From Eledone cirrhosa (Eukaryota), in contig OZ024754.1 of assembly GCA_964016885.1 (NCBI GenBank), positions 17,298,001 through 17,362,000 on the forward strand: a DNA stretch of 64,000 nucleotides. The letters run 5' to 3'. Position 1 is the first letter of the stretch. Every line of letters starts with the position of its first letter. Made by a program: the position numbers and the translations under genes. Positions 10,874-27,320 of this stretch are shown in pieces. The notes under the pieces were generated by a model that saw only the letters and a program-made list of their open reading frames with translations, did not search any database and was not told the origin of the DNA.

Positions 10874-13800
10874 TATAACTTTGATAACTTTGATAGGTTA
10901 CGGCCAGTATTGGACCAGGCCATGTCTAACTTAATAGGACCACCTGGCGAAGTCTTACAAATCAGTGTTTGGGCACCATGACACACTCAGTTATTGGTTA
11001 CGGAGGCATATCCGGGTCTAGGAGGCTTATCCGGGATTTCTTGAGGGAATTTGCCGAAAGACTTCTTGAACTTGATGGGGTCTGTTTCTGCTTTGATGTG
11101 TTTTGGTGTAATGTTAAAGAGAGCGGGGCCAATTGATGTGAAATAATTGTGTCGTATGTTGTTATGTGATGCGAGTGAGATTTTTGTCGTGGGCGGATAG
11201 CACGGGGCCAAAGCCTTGGGTGTACCTTAAAGGTGATGCCAACATCATTTGGGCAAAGCTGATGGAATATTTTCCACATCATGCAGATAATGTAGCGCTT
11301 ACGGCGACGTTGGAGAGAATAAAGTCAGAGCTTTTCTAATCGACTCCAATAGTCAAGGCTTGTCATGCCATCTATCTTTTTTGTGATTGACATTTGGGGT
11401 GCTTCAACTTTCATGATACTTTGTTTCATGTGGGGAGACCACAGTGGACAACAGTATTCAAGGTGGGGTCGGGCAAAAGTGGAGAACAGTGTGGATATCG
11501 CTCGACTGGAAAGTTCTGAGAATCCAGGAACACATTGTGCGGGCCATATCAACTTTGCTGTTTATATGAATGGCCCAGCTTATGTTGTTGTCCACAATTA
11601 CTCCCAGGTCTCTGATGTTATTGGAAGCCACTAGAGTTTCACCCGAAGGAAGAGAGTATAGTAGTTTCAGGGCATCCTTTTTTTCAAAGTGGATTAATTC
11701 AAACTTATCCTCATTCAACAGCATATTATTCTTTTCTGCCCATTGGATAACAGCCAGTAGGTCTGACTGAAGGCAAGTCCGATCACCCACCTCATTGATG
11801 ACCCTTTGGAGCTTGGAATCATCTGCGAAGGTTCTTATGTTGCTGTGCTTCAGGATGTCAGTAATGTCATTAATGTAGATGATGAAAAGAAGTGGGCCCA
11901 ACACAGTGCCTTGTGGGACGCCACTGCTGACTTTGGCAGGGCTTGATTACAATCCTTCGACTACAACATGTTGGGTTCTGTCTGTCAGGAAACATTTGAT
12001 CCACTGTAGTAACTTTCCAGAGACACGAATATTGGATAACCTTTTCAGTAGAATCTTATGATCAACCCTGTCAAAGGCCTTGCTGAAATCGAGGTAGATG
12101 ACATCAGTATCGGAGCCCTCTTCCAAGGCTCTCAAAATATCGTTAAAGTGATGCAGGAGCTGCGTTAGGCAGTCCCTTCCATTACGGAACCCATGTTGGT
12201 TGGAGTTCAGCAGGCCGTTGCTTTCAAGAAAGTGGGTTATTCGTGATCTCACCACCCTCTCAAATACCTTGATAATATGAGAGGTGAGTGAGATCGGACG
12301 GTAGTTCACTGCAAGGGACTTATTTTCCTTTTTGAAAACTGGGACAACGGACTGGGTCAGAAAGTTTTCAGGAATATAGCCAGTGTCGAGTGAGTTCCTT
12401 CACAGATTAGCAAGAGCAGATGCAAGTTTGTGTCGACATACCTTCAGGACACAAGCAGCGAACCTATCGGGGCCTACTGCTGAATTGTGTTTAATTTCGT
12501 TTATTGTCACTAAGACATCAGGGGCGCCAAACGTTATGTCTGATATAGTGTGTTGGGGATTAACATCACTGATACGGCCCAGATCGGCCATATCAGGATT
12601 GCTGAAAACAGAGCAGTATTGTTTCTGCAGTATCTCACCCAACAGTGGAGACGGTGACCTTGTGTTTTTTTAGCAAATGAAAAGAACACTTTGGGGTTGA
12701 GTTTGATTTTCTCAATGACCCATTTCTCTTCATCTGTTCTCTGGTTATTTATGATGGTCATCATGCATTATTGGAGGTTATATTTATTTATTTCAAGCAG
12801 GGCGATAGCTGTTGAATGTGTGTGTTGCTGTTGGCAGTATTTTAGTGTGTTAATTTTTTTGTTTGTTCTTTTTATTTTTCTGATAATTGTTTTTCTGTTT
12901 TGTGGGATACTGCACTTGGTTTTGTTCACAGGTTTTGGTGGGGGGTGTTTTGTACATATATTTGTGACAGTGTCTACAAAGATCTGCCAAGATGTTTTGA
13001 TGTTGGTGGAAATGTGTGCGTGTGTAAAAGACCAGTCAACATGCGATAGTTCGCTCATATTTGCATCCCAGTTGGCATTGTAGAGATCCATGTTATCAAA
13101 TGGGTGGGGTGGAAAGAGGACCCTGGGATTAGCTTTAGGCTGGTGGAATCTCAGGTTACAAAGAACCATGTCATAGTCTGAGAGAAGGGTTTTTTACACT
13201 GTAATATTATGGATAGTGTTAGTGTGGTTACTAAACACTAGATCCAGAATGTTCTTCTGATGCTTCGTTGGTGCAAGGACAAGTTGGGACAAGAAAAACT
13301 CATTCATGAAGTCAAGAAGTGACTCGACAGCCTCTTTGTCAGTGGTTGAGGCTGTGGAGCCTGGTTTCAAACTGCTTGTAGACCAATCAACACAGGGTAG
13401 ATTAAAGTCTCCCATAAAAAGTATGTTGCTAGAATGGCACTGTTTAATAAAGCATTTAATACTGTTGAGGCATTCTTTGAAGCAGATTATGGGTGTTTGT
13501 GGTGGCCTATAGAGCCCAACTAATGTCAGGTCATTGGCTTTATTGTGCACAGTGACTGATTCACAGTAGCTATTGGAGAATGTTGTGTTGCCATCTGCTG
13601 TAAAGGAATCATGCAAGAAAATGGCAGTTCCACCCTTCCTTCTGCCAACACGATCCGCACGGATGGTTGTGAAATTCCTCACTCTTACTTCGACCTCCAA
13701 GTGGGAGTTGTCAAGGTGGGTCCAGTAAGTATGAAGAAAAGGATGTGAAATGGATGGTTACCAACCCAATCCTCAATGAATTGGATCTTCCATTTCTGTG

Positions 13801-15161
13801 CATTGATGGATGTGTATTGATACCTTGTGTATTGAGTAAAAATGTGGTGGCTGGTTTTGACTGTTGCAGGGGGCTTGTTTTGAGATTCTGTGACAGCAAG
13901 GATTGTGTTGGGTGATGGCTAAAATGTTTTTTTGTATCTCTTTTGCCAGGTTCATGGCTAAAAAAGAAAAATCTTCTTGTTCAGGGAGCAGTTTTTGATT
14001 GGATTTGTGGTTACACCATTGGATAGGGTTGCACTTCCCTCTTTTGTTGTTGTTGTTGTTGTTGTATTTGTTGTAATTGTGTCTTTGTGAAAAGACTGGA
14101 GCGGCATTACTTTTGTTGTTGTAATCGTGTCTTTGTGAAAAGACTGGAACAGCATTACTGCAGCAGGGGGTGGCTTTATTGTGGTTTGTGTGTTGGCATG
14201 GAGCCCCTTTTCTGTTCGTGCGTTGTGTCCCAGGAAGATGAGTGAAGGGACAGTCAGTCAGCAGACATAGCCGCTCACGTTGGGAATGTTGGCAGATTTT
14301 GGGACTCCGACTTGTGTGGGCAGCGTGCTTTGGTGTTGGCTGGCAGTATTAGTACGCCTAGTACCCGGTAAATGGGTAAATATACAGTCGCTACGTGTGC
14401 ATAGCCTCTGACGTAGTGAGTAGCGGCATATTTGGGGGGTTTTAGTTTGTGTAGTGGGGGGGGGGAGGGGGTGCATACAGCTCCATAGATTTGTTTTTAA
14501 AGTTCTTTTGACTACAGCATGACTGTGGTGGTGATGTGGGGGGGAAGAAAGCAGTGGTGGTGACGATGATGATGATGATGACAACTGCGGTGGAGGCTGT
14601 GAGAGTGGTGGGAGAGAAAGCAGTGGTCCATTACTAGCGGTTGATGTAGCAGAAGTTGTGACGATGGCGATAATAATTGTTTCTATTTTTGGCACAAGGC
14701 CAGAAATTAAGCAGTATATTACTGGTACTTTATTTTATCGACCCCGTAAGGATGAAAGGCAAAGTTAACCTCGACGGGATTGAGAAAGTGGTTGAGGGAT
14801 AGTGTCATTCAGTAACTCAGCTATTATGCTTGAATTCAGTAGTGGTGGCGGTGGCTCCTGGTTTTCTGGCTGTTGTTGTTGTTGTGGTTGTTGTTGTTGT
14901 TGTGTTTGTCCATTGGAGTAAATATGTCGAAGTTTTTCAAAATGGTTTTGAATTAGTTTGAAAGAGACTTCTACATGTTTTAGTTTGTTGTGTATCTGCT
15001 TAGCAGACCTCGTGGTGAGTGTCTGAGCTGTTTTTCAGCAATCTCATTCAGACATGAGGCCTTAATGTTTGTTGTTTGGGACAGAGAAAATCATGTGTTT
15101 ATTAAAAGGTCAATTTCATTATCAGACCAATTTCGTCTGTTGTGGGCTTGCTGGTCAGTAG

Positions 15162-15170
<9 letters not shown>
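10874..15170 (-). mobile_element. Near full-length degraded CR1/L2-group LINE (ORF1-like region with CCCH finger; ORF2 APE + RT)
   Basis: APE (LYRPP, MGDFN, ILDLVFS) 13194-13700; RT (NYRPISLTS, YLDFSKAFD, LGPLLF, FADD) 11458-12309; CRYSLRQRLCTRSDCIFTH near 14370-14430; multiple frameshifts. Confidence 0.9.
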
Positions 15171-15212
<42 letters not shown>

Positions 15213-15667
15213 CCTTGTGTGCGTTTTTAGATATTTGATACGTGAGTGAGACTTTGGTTATTTGAAGAAATTAAAGAATCGTGTGTATATATATATATTC
15301 TCTCTTATGGATGTGAGTTTGGTTGTTTGAGGTTGTTAATAGTTTTGGGGGAGTTTTTTTTAGTTATTTGGTTGTTTGAAGATATCCAAGGAAAAAACGA
15401 GTGTATATAATAATTTGTAGTTAAGAAAACGTACTTGCGAGTTTGTAGGAAAGACACGTGTTTTGTATACACTTTTTTTGGTTATTTGGTTGTTTAAAGA
15501 TATCCAAGGAAAAACGAGTGTATATAATAATTTGTAGTTAAGAAAACTTACTTACGAGTTGGTAGGGAAAGCACGTGGTTACAAATATATATAAATAGAT
15601 ATGTACGGTCAGATAGGCTCTAATACTGTGTAAACCTTTATGTAAACCTTTATATATATATGTAAAC

Positions 15668-15724
<57 letters not shown>

Positions 15725-15894
15725 CATATATAAATACATATGTTTATATAATATGTATATGTACATATATAAATACATATGTTTATATAATATGTATATA
15801 TACATATGTGTATATATATATACGTATATATATACGTATATATATACGTATATATATATATATAAATATGTATATATATATATATATACGTATG

Positions 15895-15966
<72 letters not shown>

Positions 15967-16078
15967 TTGAAATAAAATGAAAACGAAATTTCATTTCTCA
16001 CTCTTAGTACGGCACTTACTTAAATGTAAGTATGTATGTATACGTACATACATATATGTATACAGACGTACAGTAGCA

Positions 16079-16168
<90 letters not shown>

Positions 16169-16309
16169 CAGGTACACATACATATATGCACGTATCAGTT
16201 TAGCGGACGCTTATTATAACGCCGCTTTGTTCGTTTGTAAACAAACTGAACAGCCTGATTTATGCCATACTGATACTGATACGTGCATATATGTATGTGT
16301 ACCTGTATG

Positions 16310-16355
<46 letters not shown>

Positions 16356-16403
16356 TGCTACTGTACGTCTGTATACATATATGTATGTACGTATACATAC
16401 ATA

Positions 16404-16474
<71 letters not shown>

Positions 16475-17073
16475 GTATATATATACATATATATATATAT
16501 ATACGTATGTGTATATATATATACATATGTATATCTATCTATATATATATGTTTCGCTAGTAGTGGGGTTCTTTCTTGCTCACATCTCACTCACGTGGGA
16601 CGGTCTGTATTCTGACCGCTCATGAAATTCACCCAGCTTATGCTGACCGGATAATCATGTTGCTTGTTTTTTTTCCTATCTTCGGTTTGCTTTTATCCTT
16701 CTATGTTGTTTACTTGTCTCACTCGCTTTACGCGATTCACTTGTGCCAATAGCTTATTTTAGTTATTGCTCGCACCAACCTGAGGTATATGATTTTTAAT
16801 GCGATGAAATACCAATGATGGTTGGCAAATCACTGACGAGGACTAATTTTATAATATGTAACCCATGTGCAACCACGCAGTATTCCTCTTTCTTCCCATG
16901 TTTTATATATATATATATGTGTGTGTCCAAACGACTTTTTTTAGCCGTTGCTCGCACCAACCTGAGGTATATGGCCTTTAAAGCGATGAAATGCCTACGA
17001 CGGTTGGAAGGCCACTGATGAAGGACAAACTTTTTCATATGTAACCCATTTGCAACGCCGCAGCTCCATTATT

Positions 17074-17160
<87 letters not shown>

Positions 17161-17397
17161 ACGTATGTATATACATATATAAATACATATGTTTATATAC
17201 ATAAGTATATATACATATGTGTATATATATGTACGTATATATATATATATACGTATATATATACGTATATATATATACGTATATATATATATATATACAT
17301 ATGTATATATATATACGTATATATATACGTATATATATATACGTATATATATATATATACATATGTATATATATATACGTATGTATATATACGTATG

Positions 17398-17435
<38 letters not shown>

Positions 17436-17458
17436 CATATATATATATACATATGTAT

Positions 17459-18812
17459 TCCGCCCAGGAAGAAGCTGCCTTACACAGCTGCTACATCACT
17501 ACGACTGGGTACTGAGACAGCTACTAGACAGCTCACATGTAGACGTGATATATCTTGACTTTGCGAAGGCCTTTGACAAGGTCGACCACGGAATGATATG
17601 TCACAAACTACACGGACTCGGCATAACTGGAAAAGTAGGTGAGTGGCTGCATGGCTTCCTGAGGGACAGAAGCCAGGCAGTCGCAGCAAATGGGGCCCTC
17701 TCGAGGGAAACACCGATAACAAGTGGGGTGCCTCAGGGGACAGTCCTGGGACCACTACTGTTTTTGGTGGCTCTCTCGGACATGCCCTCTGTGGTGCATG
17801 CAACAACATCCCTCACTAGCTATGCTGATGACACTAAGGTAGCACAGGCAATCAAAAACCCGGCTGACGCTGCCCTCTTACAGCAGGATCTGGATGCCAT
17901 ATACAGATGGGCGGAAGAAAACAACATGCAGTTTAATGCTGGCAAATTCCAAGCCCTACAATACAAACCTGCAAACACAAACACAAATATAGCGGAACAC
18001 AGCTACACAGGACCAGGAGGGACCGATATCCCCGTGTCAAAATCGATACGAGACCTGGGCATAGACATGAGCGATGATGCATCTTTTTCTTCACACATCA
18101 TGAAGGTGGCGACAGCATGTAGACGATTCGCTGGCTGGATCTTAAGGACTTTCCTTACAAGAGATCGAGACACCATGTTGACACTATGGAGGACTTTTGT
18201 CCTAAGCCGCCTGGACTACTGCTCCCAGCTGTGGTCACCCCATAGTGTCGGACTAACCACAGAGCTTGAGGCAATCCAGCGAAGCTACACCAAGAGGATT
18301 GCCGGGATGAGGGAGACAAGCTACTGGGAGAGGCTTAAGGAACTGAACCTCTACTCCTTGGAGCGAAGACGGGAGAGATACGCAGTGATCTACATGTGGA
18401 AAATCCTGGAGGGACTAGCACCAAACTTTGGCATTGGGAGCTGGACCAACCGTCGAACAGGACGTCACTGTGTGGTGCCAAAGGTCCCGTCTTCCACATC
18501 TAGAATAAGGAGCAGGTATTACAATAGCCTGGGATTCAAGGGCCCTCAACTCTTCAACAGGCTGCCGAGGCATCTGCGAGACTTGCATGACGTGGAGGTG
18601 GATGTCTTTAAGAAACATCTCGACACCTTGTTATCCAGGATCCCGGATGAGCCCACAGCAAGACACGAGGGAAACCTAAGGGCAGCAGCAACAAACTCCC
18701 TCCTACACCAGTGGCCAACCTATACAGGCTGGAGATAAAATGTGTAGCAACAAGGGCGTTGCCCCAGCATGGCCTCAGCCGGATGGTTGAAACAGGTAAA
18801 AGAGTAAAAGAG
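17459..18812 (+). mobile_element. 5'-truncated CR1/L2-group LINE with uninterrupted RT/C-terminal ORF (to 18738)
   Basis: [40 protein letters not shown]; 3' GTAAAAGA repeat; both ends in TA tracts. Confidence 0.92.
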
Positions 18813-18922
18813 TATGTATATATATATATACATATGTATATATATATATATATATATATACATATGTATATATATATACATATGTATATACATATATACA
18901 TATGTATATATATATACATATG

Positions 18923-18982
<60 letters not shown>

Positions 18983-19108
18983 AAATTACAGGTTAAGAGT
19001 TAGGCTTGGTAGAGGGCAATAGAAACACGTCTATTCACTTCAACATTCCACTATATATATATATATATGCATACATATATATATATAAATATATATGTAT
19101 ATATGTAC

Positions 19109-19144
<36 letters not shown>

Positions 19145-19479
19145 GTATGTATATATATACATATGTATGCATATATATATGTACCATTGTCCTGTGTCCC
19201 AACTTATATCGGTATGTTTACTTCGTTTTTTCCTCTTTTCCTTTTTTTTTCTTCTTCCTCTCTCTTCACTATCACTTCTTTTCCTGGTGGTCTTTAGATA
19301 GATAATAGGCCATGGGCGTGATATAGATCGATGTTCTGTTTTAAGCGCCGAAATATCTATGATCTGTAGTAAACATCTGACGAAGGGATACTTTTCTTCT
19401 CTTGTTTACTTCCCGTTTACTTGCTAACACTTCGTTTTCAGTAAGCACTCAGCCTAACTCTTCACCTGTAATTTTGTAC

Positions 19480-19568
<89 letters not shown>

Positions 19569-19681
19569 TATATGTATACATACGTATATATACATATGTA
19601 TATATACGTATGTATATATATACATATGTATATATATATATATATATACGTATGTATATATATAGACATAAATATATATAC

Positions 19682-19795
<114 letters not shown>

Positions 19796-20051
19796 ATGTA
19801 TATATATATATAGACATATATATATATATACATATGTATATATATATATATTTGTATATACGTATGTGTATATACAGACATATATATACATACATAGACA
19901 TATATATATATATATATACATAGACATATATATATATATATATACATACATAGACATATATATATATACATACATAGACATATATATATATATATATATA
20001 TACATACATAGACATATATATATATACATACATAGACATATATATATATAT

Positions 20052-21219
<1,168 letters not shown>

Positions 21220-22494
21220 TACAAAATTACAGGTGAAGAGTTAGGCTGAGTGCTTACTGAAAACGAAGTGTTAGCAAGTAAACGGGAAGTAAACAAGAGA
21301 AGAAAAGTATCCCTTCGTCAGATGTTTACTACAGATCATAGATATTTCGGCGCTTAAAACAGAACATCGATCTATATCACGCCCATGGCCTATTATCTAT
21401 CTAAAGACCACCAGGAAAAGAACTGATAGTGAAGAGAGAGGAAGAAGAAAAAAAAAGGAAAAGAGGAAAAAACGAAGTAAACATACCGATATAAGTTGGG
21501 ACACAGGACAATGGCACATGTCTGTAAAGTAACCGAAGAGAAAGTAGATATACATATGTACATATATACATATGTATGTATGTATGTATGTATTCTAGGA
21601 GAAGGAAAACTCTGATATAACATCTGCAACCCTGATGGTATCCAATGATGTTGACTTGTTCTTCTTTTTGGTAAATATCATCTTGGTTAAGAGAGTGGGA
21701 CTGGCTTTGTGCAGTGCCTTTGCTCACTATAAAAGCTTCCCGGCACAGGCATTGCTTTATATCTGGAGATCTCTCTGCACTTGTCCTCACATGGTACCAT
21801 GGGCCCAGCACTATGTGTCAATAATTGTCACAAGTGTAGTGTTTGTACCAGAGTTTTCAAGTCGCTGGCTGGACTAAAAAGCCACACTCGTTCAGCGCAT
21901 CGGTAGGGGTTCTCCTACATGGATATAAAGTAGTGGCCGTACTCGAAAACGAGTTGGCAGCCACCATGTATGTATGTATGTATGTATGTATGTATGTATG
22001 TATGTATGTATGTATGTATGTATATATATATATATATATATATATAGCGAAGGAAAAGTGGTAAGGAACCAGGTGGACCATAACGCACCAAAGTACTCAA
22101 TACTTAGGGTAGTAGAGTGGGTAATAAGTGTAAGTAAGACCCCGACGGCTGAGCTCAAGCCGTTTCGACGGCTAATTCTGTACTGAATGAAAGATCAGTT
22201 CTGGTATTTAAATAGCCGAACTTGTCAAGGGGCAATTCCATATATGGTCAAAGAGATAATCACCAGGATTGGTCATCCCACAAGGTAGTAGTAATTCTGC
22301 GATGGCAAGTTGGTGGGGGAGTTAGCCAAACCTGCCGGTAGGAGAAAAGGGGAGAGGGGGCGGAGCAGACCCATTCATGCGTTGGTGGTGCCAGCTACAG
22401 CTGGGTGTGAGGGCACATTATATATATATATTTTTTTTTTTTTTTTTTTTTTTTAATCTATCTATCCATCCTTTTACTCACTTATTTGTTTATT

Positions 22495-23610
22495 TACTCT
22501 TTTATGTATTTCTTGTGGAATATTATTTACGTATTTCTTATTTACTTATGTGGAATATTACTTATGTATTTCTTATTTACTTATGCGGAATATTATTTAC
22601 GTATTTCTTATTTACTTATGTGGAATAGTACTTATGTATTTCTTATTTACTTATGTGGAATATTACTTATGTATTTCTTATTTACTTATGCGGAATATTA
22701 CTTATGTATTTCTTATTTACTTATGCGGAATATTATTTACGTATTTCTTATTTACTTATGTGGAATAGTACTTATGTATTTCTTATTTACTTATGTGGAA
22801 TATTACTTATGTATTTCTTATTTACTTATGTGGAATAGTACTTATGTATTTCTTATTTACTTATGTGGAATATTACTTATGTATTTCTTATTTACTTATG
22901 TGGAATAGTACTTATGTATTTCTTATTTACTTATGTGGAATAGTACTTATGTATTTCTTATTTACTTATGTGGAATATTACTTATGTATTTCTTATTTAC
23001 TTATGTGGAATAGTACTTATGTATTTCTTATTTACTTATGCGGAATATTATTTACGTATTTCTTATTTACTTATGTGGAATAGTACTTATGTATTTCTTA
23101 TTTACTTATGTGGAATAGTACTTATGTATTTCTTATTTACTTATGCGGAATATTATTTACGTATTTCTTATTTACTTATGTGGAATAGTACTTATGTATT
23201 TCTTATTTACTTATGCGGAATATTATTTACGTATTTCTTATTTACTTATGTGGAATAGTACTTATGTATTTCTTATTTACTTATGTGGAATAGTACTTAT
23301 GTATTTCTTATTTACTTATGTGGAATAGTACTTATGTATTTCTTATTTACTTATGTGGAATATTATTTATGTATTTCTTATTTACTTATGTGGAATAGTA
23401 CTTATGTATTTCTTATTTACTTATGCGGAATATTATTTATGTATTTCTTATTTACTTATGTGGAATAGTACTTATGTATTTCTTATTTACTTATGTGGAA
23501 TATTATTCATGTATTTCTTATTTACTTATGTGAAATATTCTTTATGTATTTCTTATTTACTTATGTGGAATATTATTTATGTATTTCTTATTTACTTATT
23601 TATGTATTTC
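22495..23610. repeat. 35-bp tandem minisatellite, ~31 copies
   Basis: Unit TTATGTATTTCTTATTTACTTATGTGGAATAGTAC. Confidence 0.95.
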
Positions 23611-23936
23611 TTCAGCCTAGCAATAGCGAGAGAATTAAGTCTTAGCAACCAGATTCTGCTTATATTTCTTTTCTCTCTCAGTACCTTTTACGGTTTTACA
23701 TTTTCATCGTTCTACTTACCGTTTTGACCTCCTCCCCCTCCCCGGCGTCCGCTTTGACCTCACACCCAGCTGTAGCTGGCACCACCAACGCATGAATGGG
23801 TCTACTCCGCCCCCTCTCCCCTTTTCTCCTACTGGCAGGTTTGGCTAACTCCCCCACCAACTTGCCATCGCAGAATTACTACTACCTTGTGGGATGACCA
23901 ATCCTGGTGATTATCTCTTTGACCATATATGGAATT

Positions 23937-24031
23937 GCCCCTTGACAAGTTCGGCTATTTAAATACCAGAACTGATTTTTCATTCAGTACAGAATTAGCC
24001 GTCGAAACGGCTTGAGCTCAGCCGTCGGGGT
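23937..24031 (+). ncRNA. Type-I hammerhead with U3-A8 core and full stem III (mirror copy 22139-22233 -)
   Basis: GCCCC-TTGACAA-GttCGGCTA...TAGCCGtC-GAAA-CGGC-ttgagctca-GCCG-TC-GGGGT. Confidence 0.82.
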
Positions 24032-24154
24032 CTTACTTACTCTTATATATATATAGTAATAATAATAAATGTGAACACTAAAATCTAAAGAGGGCTGGAT
24101 AAGGATAAATATATATCAAATATATAAGAATCCTAGAGCAAATATTTATTAAAA

Positions 24155-25530
24155 TCAATTTCGCTAAAACACTCACGGTGGTTAAGGATTTCGAAGCAGA
24201 TGTCACCCTCAATGTCCGTAAGTGGGTGATTAATTTCGACGACTCTATTTGGATGAAAAAATCTAATAGTACCACATTCGACGTGAGTATGGGCGCCAGC
24301 CATTCGCCAGAGGTTTCAGATCTTATCGGCCTTTTCCTTCTTTTCTCTATGAAGGAAGAATTCCCCAATGTATGCGGAGGCTTGTACCGCGATGACGGTC
24401 TTTTGACCATGACAAAGTGTGGTCCCCGCGCTTGCGACAGGTTTTGAAACGAACTCACAGCCTTCTTTAAAGGTTTCAACCTCTCCATACAAGTTGAGGC
24501 CAGCCTTTCGATCGTAAACTATCTCGATATTACCCTCAATTTGTCGAATGGCTTGCTCTACCGGTATAGAAAGGCAAATGATACGCTTAATTACATCAGT
24601 AAGCCTTCTAACCATCCTGCCAGCATAACCAAGAACTGGTAAGAAACGTTTCTTTGAGGCTTTCTCGTCTTTCTACAAACGAACATATTCTCACCGACCA
24701 TTCCATATATTACAATGAAGCTCTTGCTCGGAGTGGATTTGTCGATAAGGTAGCATATACTAAATATGAGCATAAACCTAGGAAAAGTAGATTCCGACGC
24801 ATTATATGGTATAATCCACCATATAATATTGAGGTGACCACACCATTAACTAAAATCTTTCTCTCCCTTATTAAGAAGCATATCCCCTCAGCACATAAAT
24901 ATAATAAAACTTTTAATAGAAATACCGTTAAAATATCTTACACCACGACTCCTAACTTAGCACATAACATCATAGCTTCAAATTTAGCTAAAATACCTAG
25001 CCATAGTAACACGTGCAACCCTGTAGCTAGTACTGACTGTAATTGTAGGAATCGGGTTGACTGCCCTTTATCCGGGAAATGCCTCTCCAGTAACATTGTC
25101 TAGTAGGGCCTACATAGGGTTAACCGCCAATAGATTCAAGCAGCGTCTTTACATGCGCAGCTATTCTCTTCTTAACCCTTTAAGAAGGAGCATGACGTCA
25201 TTTTCAGCTTATATCTGGAGTCTAAAAGGCAACCACACCCAATATAAGTTACACTGGGATATCTTAGCTAAAGCTAGATCGTGTAACGGAAATAAAAGAC
25301 CATGTGACCTCTGCGCCGCTAAAACCCTGGAACTACTCTACGCCAATGATCACACCGTAAACAAAAAATCCGAGGCAATTTCGGCTTGTAAACACAAATT
25401 GCATAAAACTTCCCTGTATTACAGCCCCACATTATACCCTAACGGAAAGTACGAACAATACGCAGATAATTTACGTATTGATGTGGTAGCTAAGTATATT
25501 TTATGTTTATACCATTACTTATTTGTATAG
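24155..25530 (+). pseudogene. 5'-truncated disrupted PLE RT + GIY-YIG; pLTR-like module follows at ~26610-27150
   Basis: FDVSMGA..EVSDLIG, GGLYRDDGL, IIWYNPPY, CNCRNRVDCPLSGKCL, YIGLT, CDLC; stops and frameshifts. Confidence 0.88.
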
Positions 25531-25789
25531 GTAAGTGTACCTTACCTGTATGTTTGTAGAGGCACGTATACTTTCTCGTACGTATATATGCTTGTATATG
25601 TAATAGGTGACTATATTTTATATATACTGGTATGTGTGTATTTGGTTATGTGTATATGTGTATTTCGTGTTTGTGCGTGTATATTTGTATGCATATATGT
25701 GTGTATATGCGCATGTGTGTATTTATGTATTTTTATGTATATTTATGTGTGTGTTTATATATATGTATATATGTATATATATATATATG

Positions 25790-25902
<113 letters not shown>

Positions 25903-27277
25903 GTGGATGTATGGGTATGCGCGTATGTGTATGTACGTGTATTATATTTGTTTCGCGTGTGTGGATTTATATAGATATTCATATATATGTGGGTGTTTAT
26001 GTATATATGTATGTATGCGTGTAGGTATGTATGTATATGTATATTTATATACATTTATATATGTATATGTATATATGGATATGTGTGTATATGTATGTAT
26101 ATATATATATATATGGATTATAGTTGGGTATGTGTATGAGTTGCTGTATGTTTGTGTATGCGGGTGAGTGTATATGTATATATATGTGTATAATGTGTGT
26201 TGGTGTTTTTTTTTATACACACACATATTTGTTTGTATGTGTATATAAGGGTATGTATGAGTGTGTATGCGTGTTTGCACGTATGGATGCTGTGTATATG
26301 TGTACATAGGGTTTTGGTATATGTACGTTTGGTGAACATATGTGTATTTACCTGTAGGTATGTGTGTGTGCGTTATATACGCATTTATGCGTGTGTATTT
26401 ATATATTTATATATATAATTATATGTATACACACACACACATATATATGTGTATTTGGTGTATGCGTTCGTATGAGTGCGGGTATATATATCGGGCCGGT
26501 TTGCGTACTTGCGCACGTGTTTATGTGTACGTGCATGTATTTGCATGCATGGCGTGAGTTTTCGCATATGCACGTGTATGTACGTATATAGATGTGTGAA
26601 TGTATATATTTACTTATTATTACTTTTATGATTTTAATAACCTCTGTCATTTTCGTTCTACTAATTTATTTACATTATTCTTAAAACCGAATGACTCTCA
26701 GCTTCAGAGTTAAGAATAATTGTTTCTACTTTTCGCACAAGGCCAGCAATTAACCAGTGCATTACTGGTACTTTATTTCATCCTTACGGGGTCGATAAAA
26801 TAAAGTACCAGTAATGCACTGGGTAATTGCTGGCCTTGTGCCAAAAGTAGAAACAATTATTCTTAACTCTGAAGCTGAGAATCATTCGGTTTCCTAAATA
26901 GAATATTAGTCTACGACTTCATTTATACCATAAACGTGGTTTTGTCTTTGCGTGTAATTGTTGTCATCGGTCCACATAACGACGTATTATCTTCGCTTTT
27001 TTTTCGTTCATTGCCAGGGAACGTCTTCACAAACCAAAGTATCATCTTCCTGTTTTCCATCGGCTGCAACGTTTTTCGAAATATTTACATCTGCGTTCAC
27101 AGATTGATTTTTTTTTACTTTCAGAAGATCCCGTTAAGGGTGAAAGCAGCGCTATGACGCATAGAGTTACGGTCCTAGCCATTCTGTGTTCAAATCCCGC
27201 CGAGGTTAACTTTGCCTTTCATCATTACGGAGTCGATAAAATAAAGTACCAGTAATGCACTGGGTTAATTGCTATTT

Positions 27278-27320
<43 letters not shown>

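Larger units (their letters stand above)
22120..24042. mobile_element. ~290-bp inverted repeats (22120-22416 / 23757-24042) carrying an HHR and flanking a minisatellite
   Basis: Arms are reverse complements; terminal part also at 46212-46378 and 61620-61823. Confidence 0.85.

Noticed and set aside
17050-18738. 562-aa ORF as a novel repeat-RT fusion protein
   Set aside because: N-terminus is a TA microsatellite in frame by chance with a truncated LINE
21606-21966. Possible coding fragment or LINE 5' region
   Set aside because: No recognisable motif in any frame
22495-23610. 35-bp repeat as a CRISPR array
   Set aside because: Head-to-tail units with no unique spacers; no cas genes; eukaryotic context
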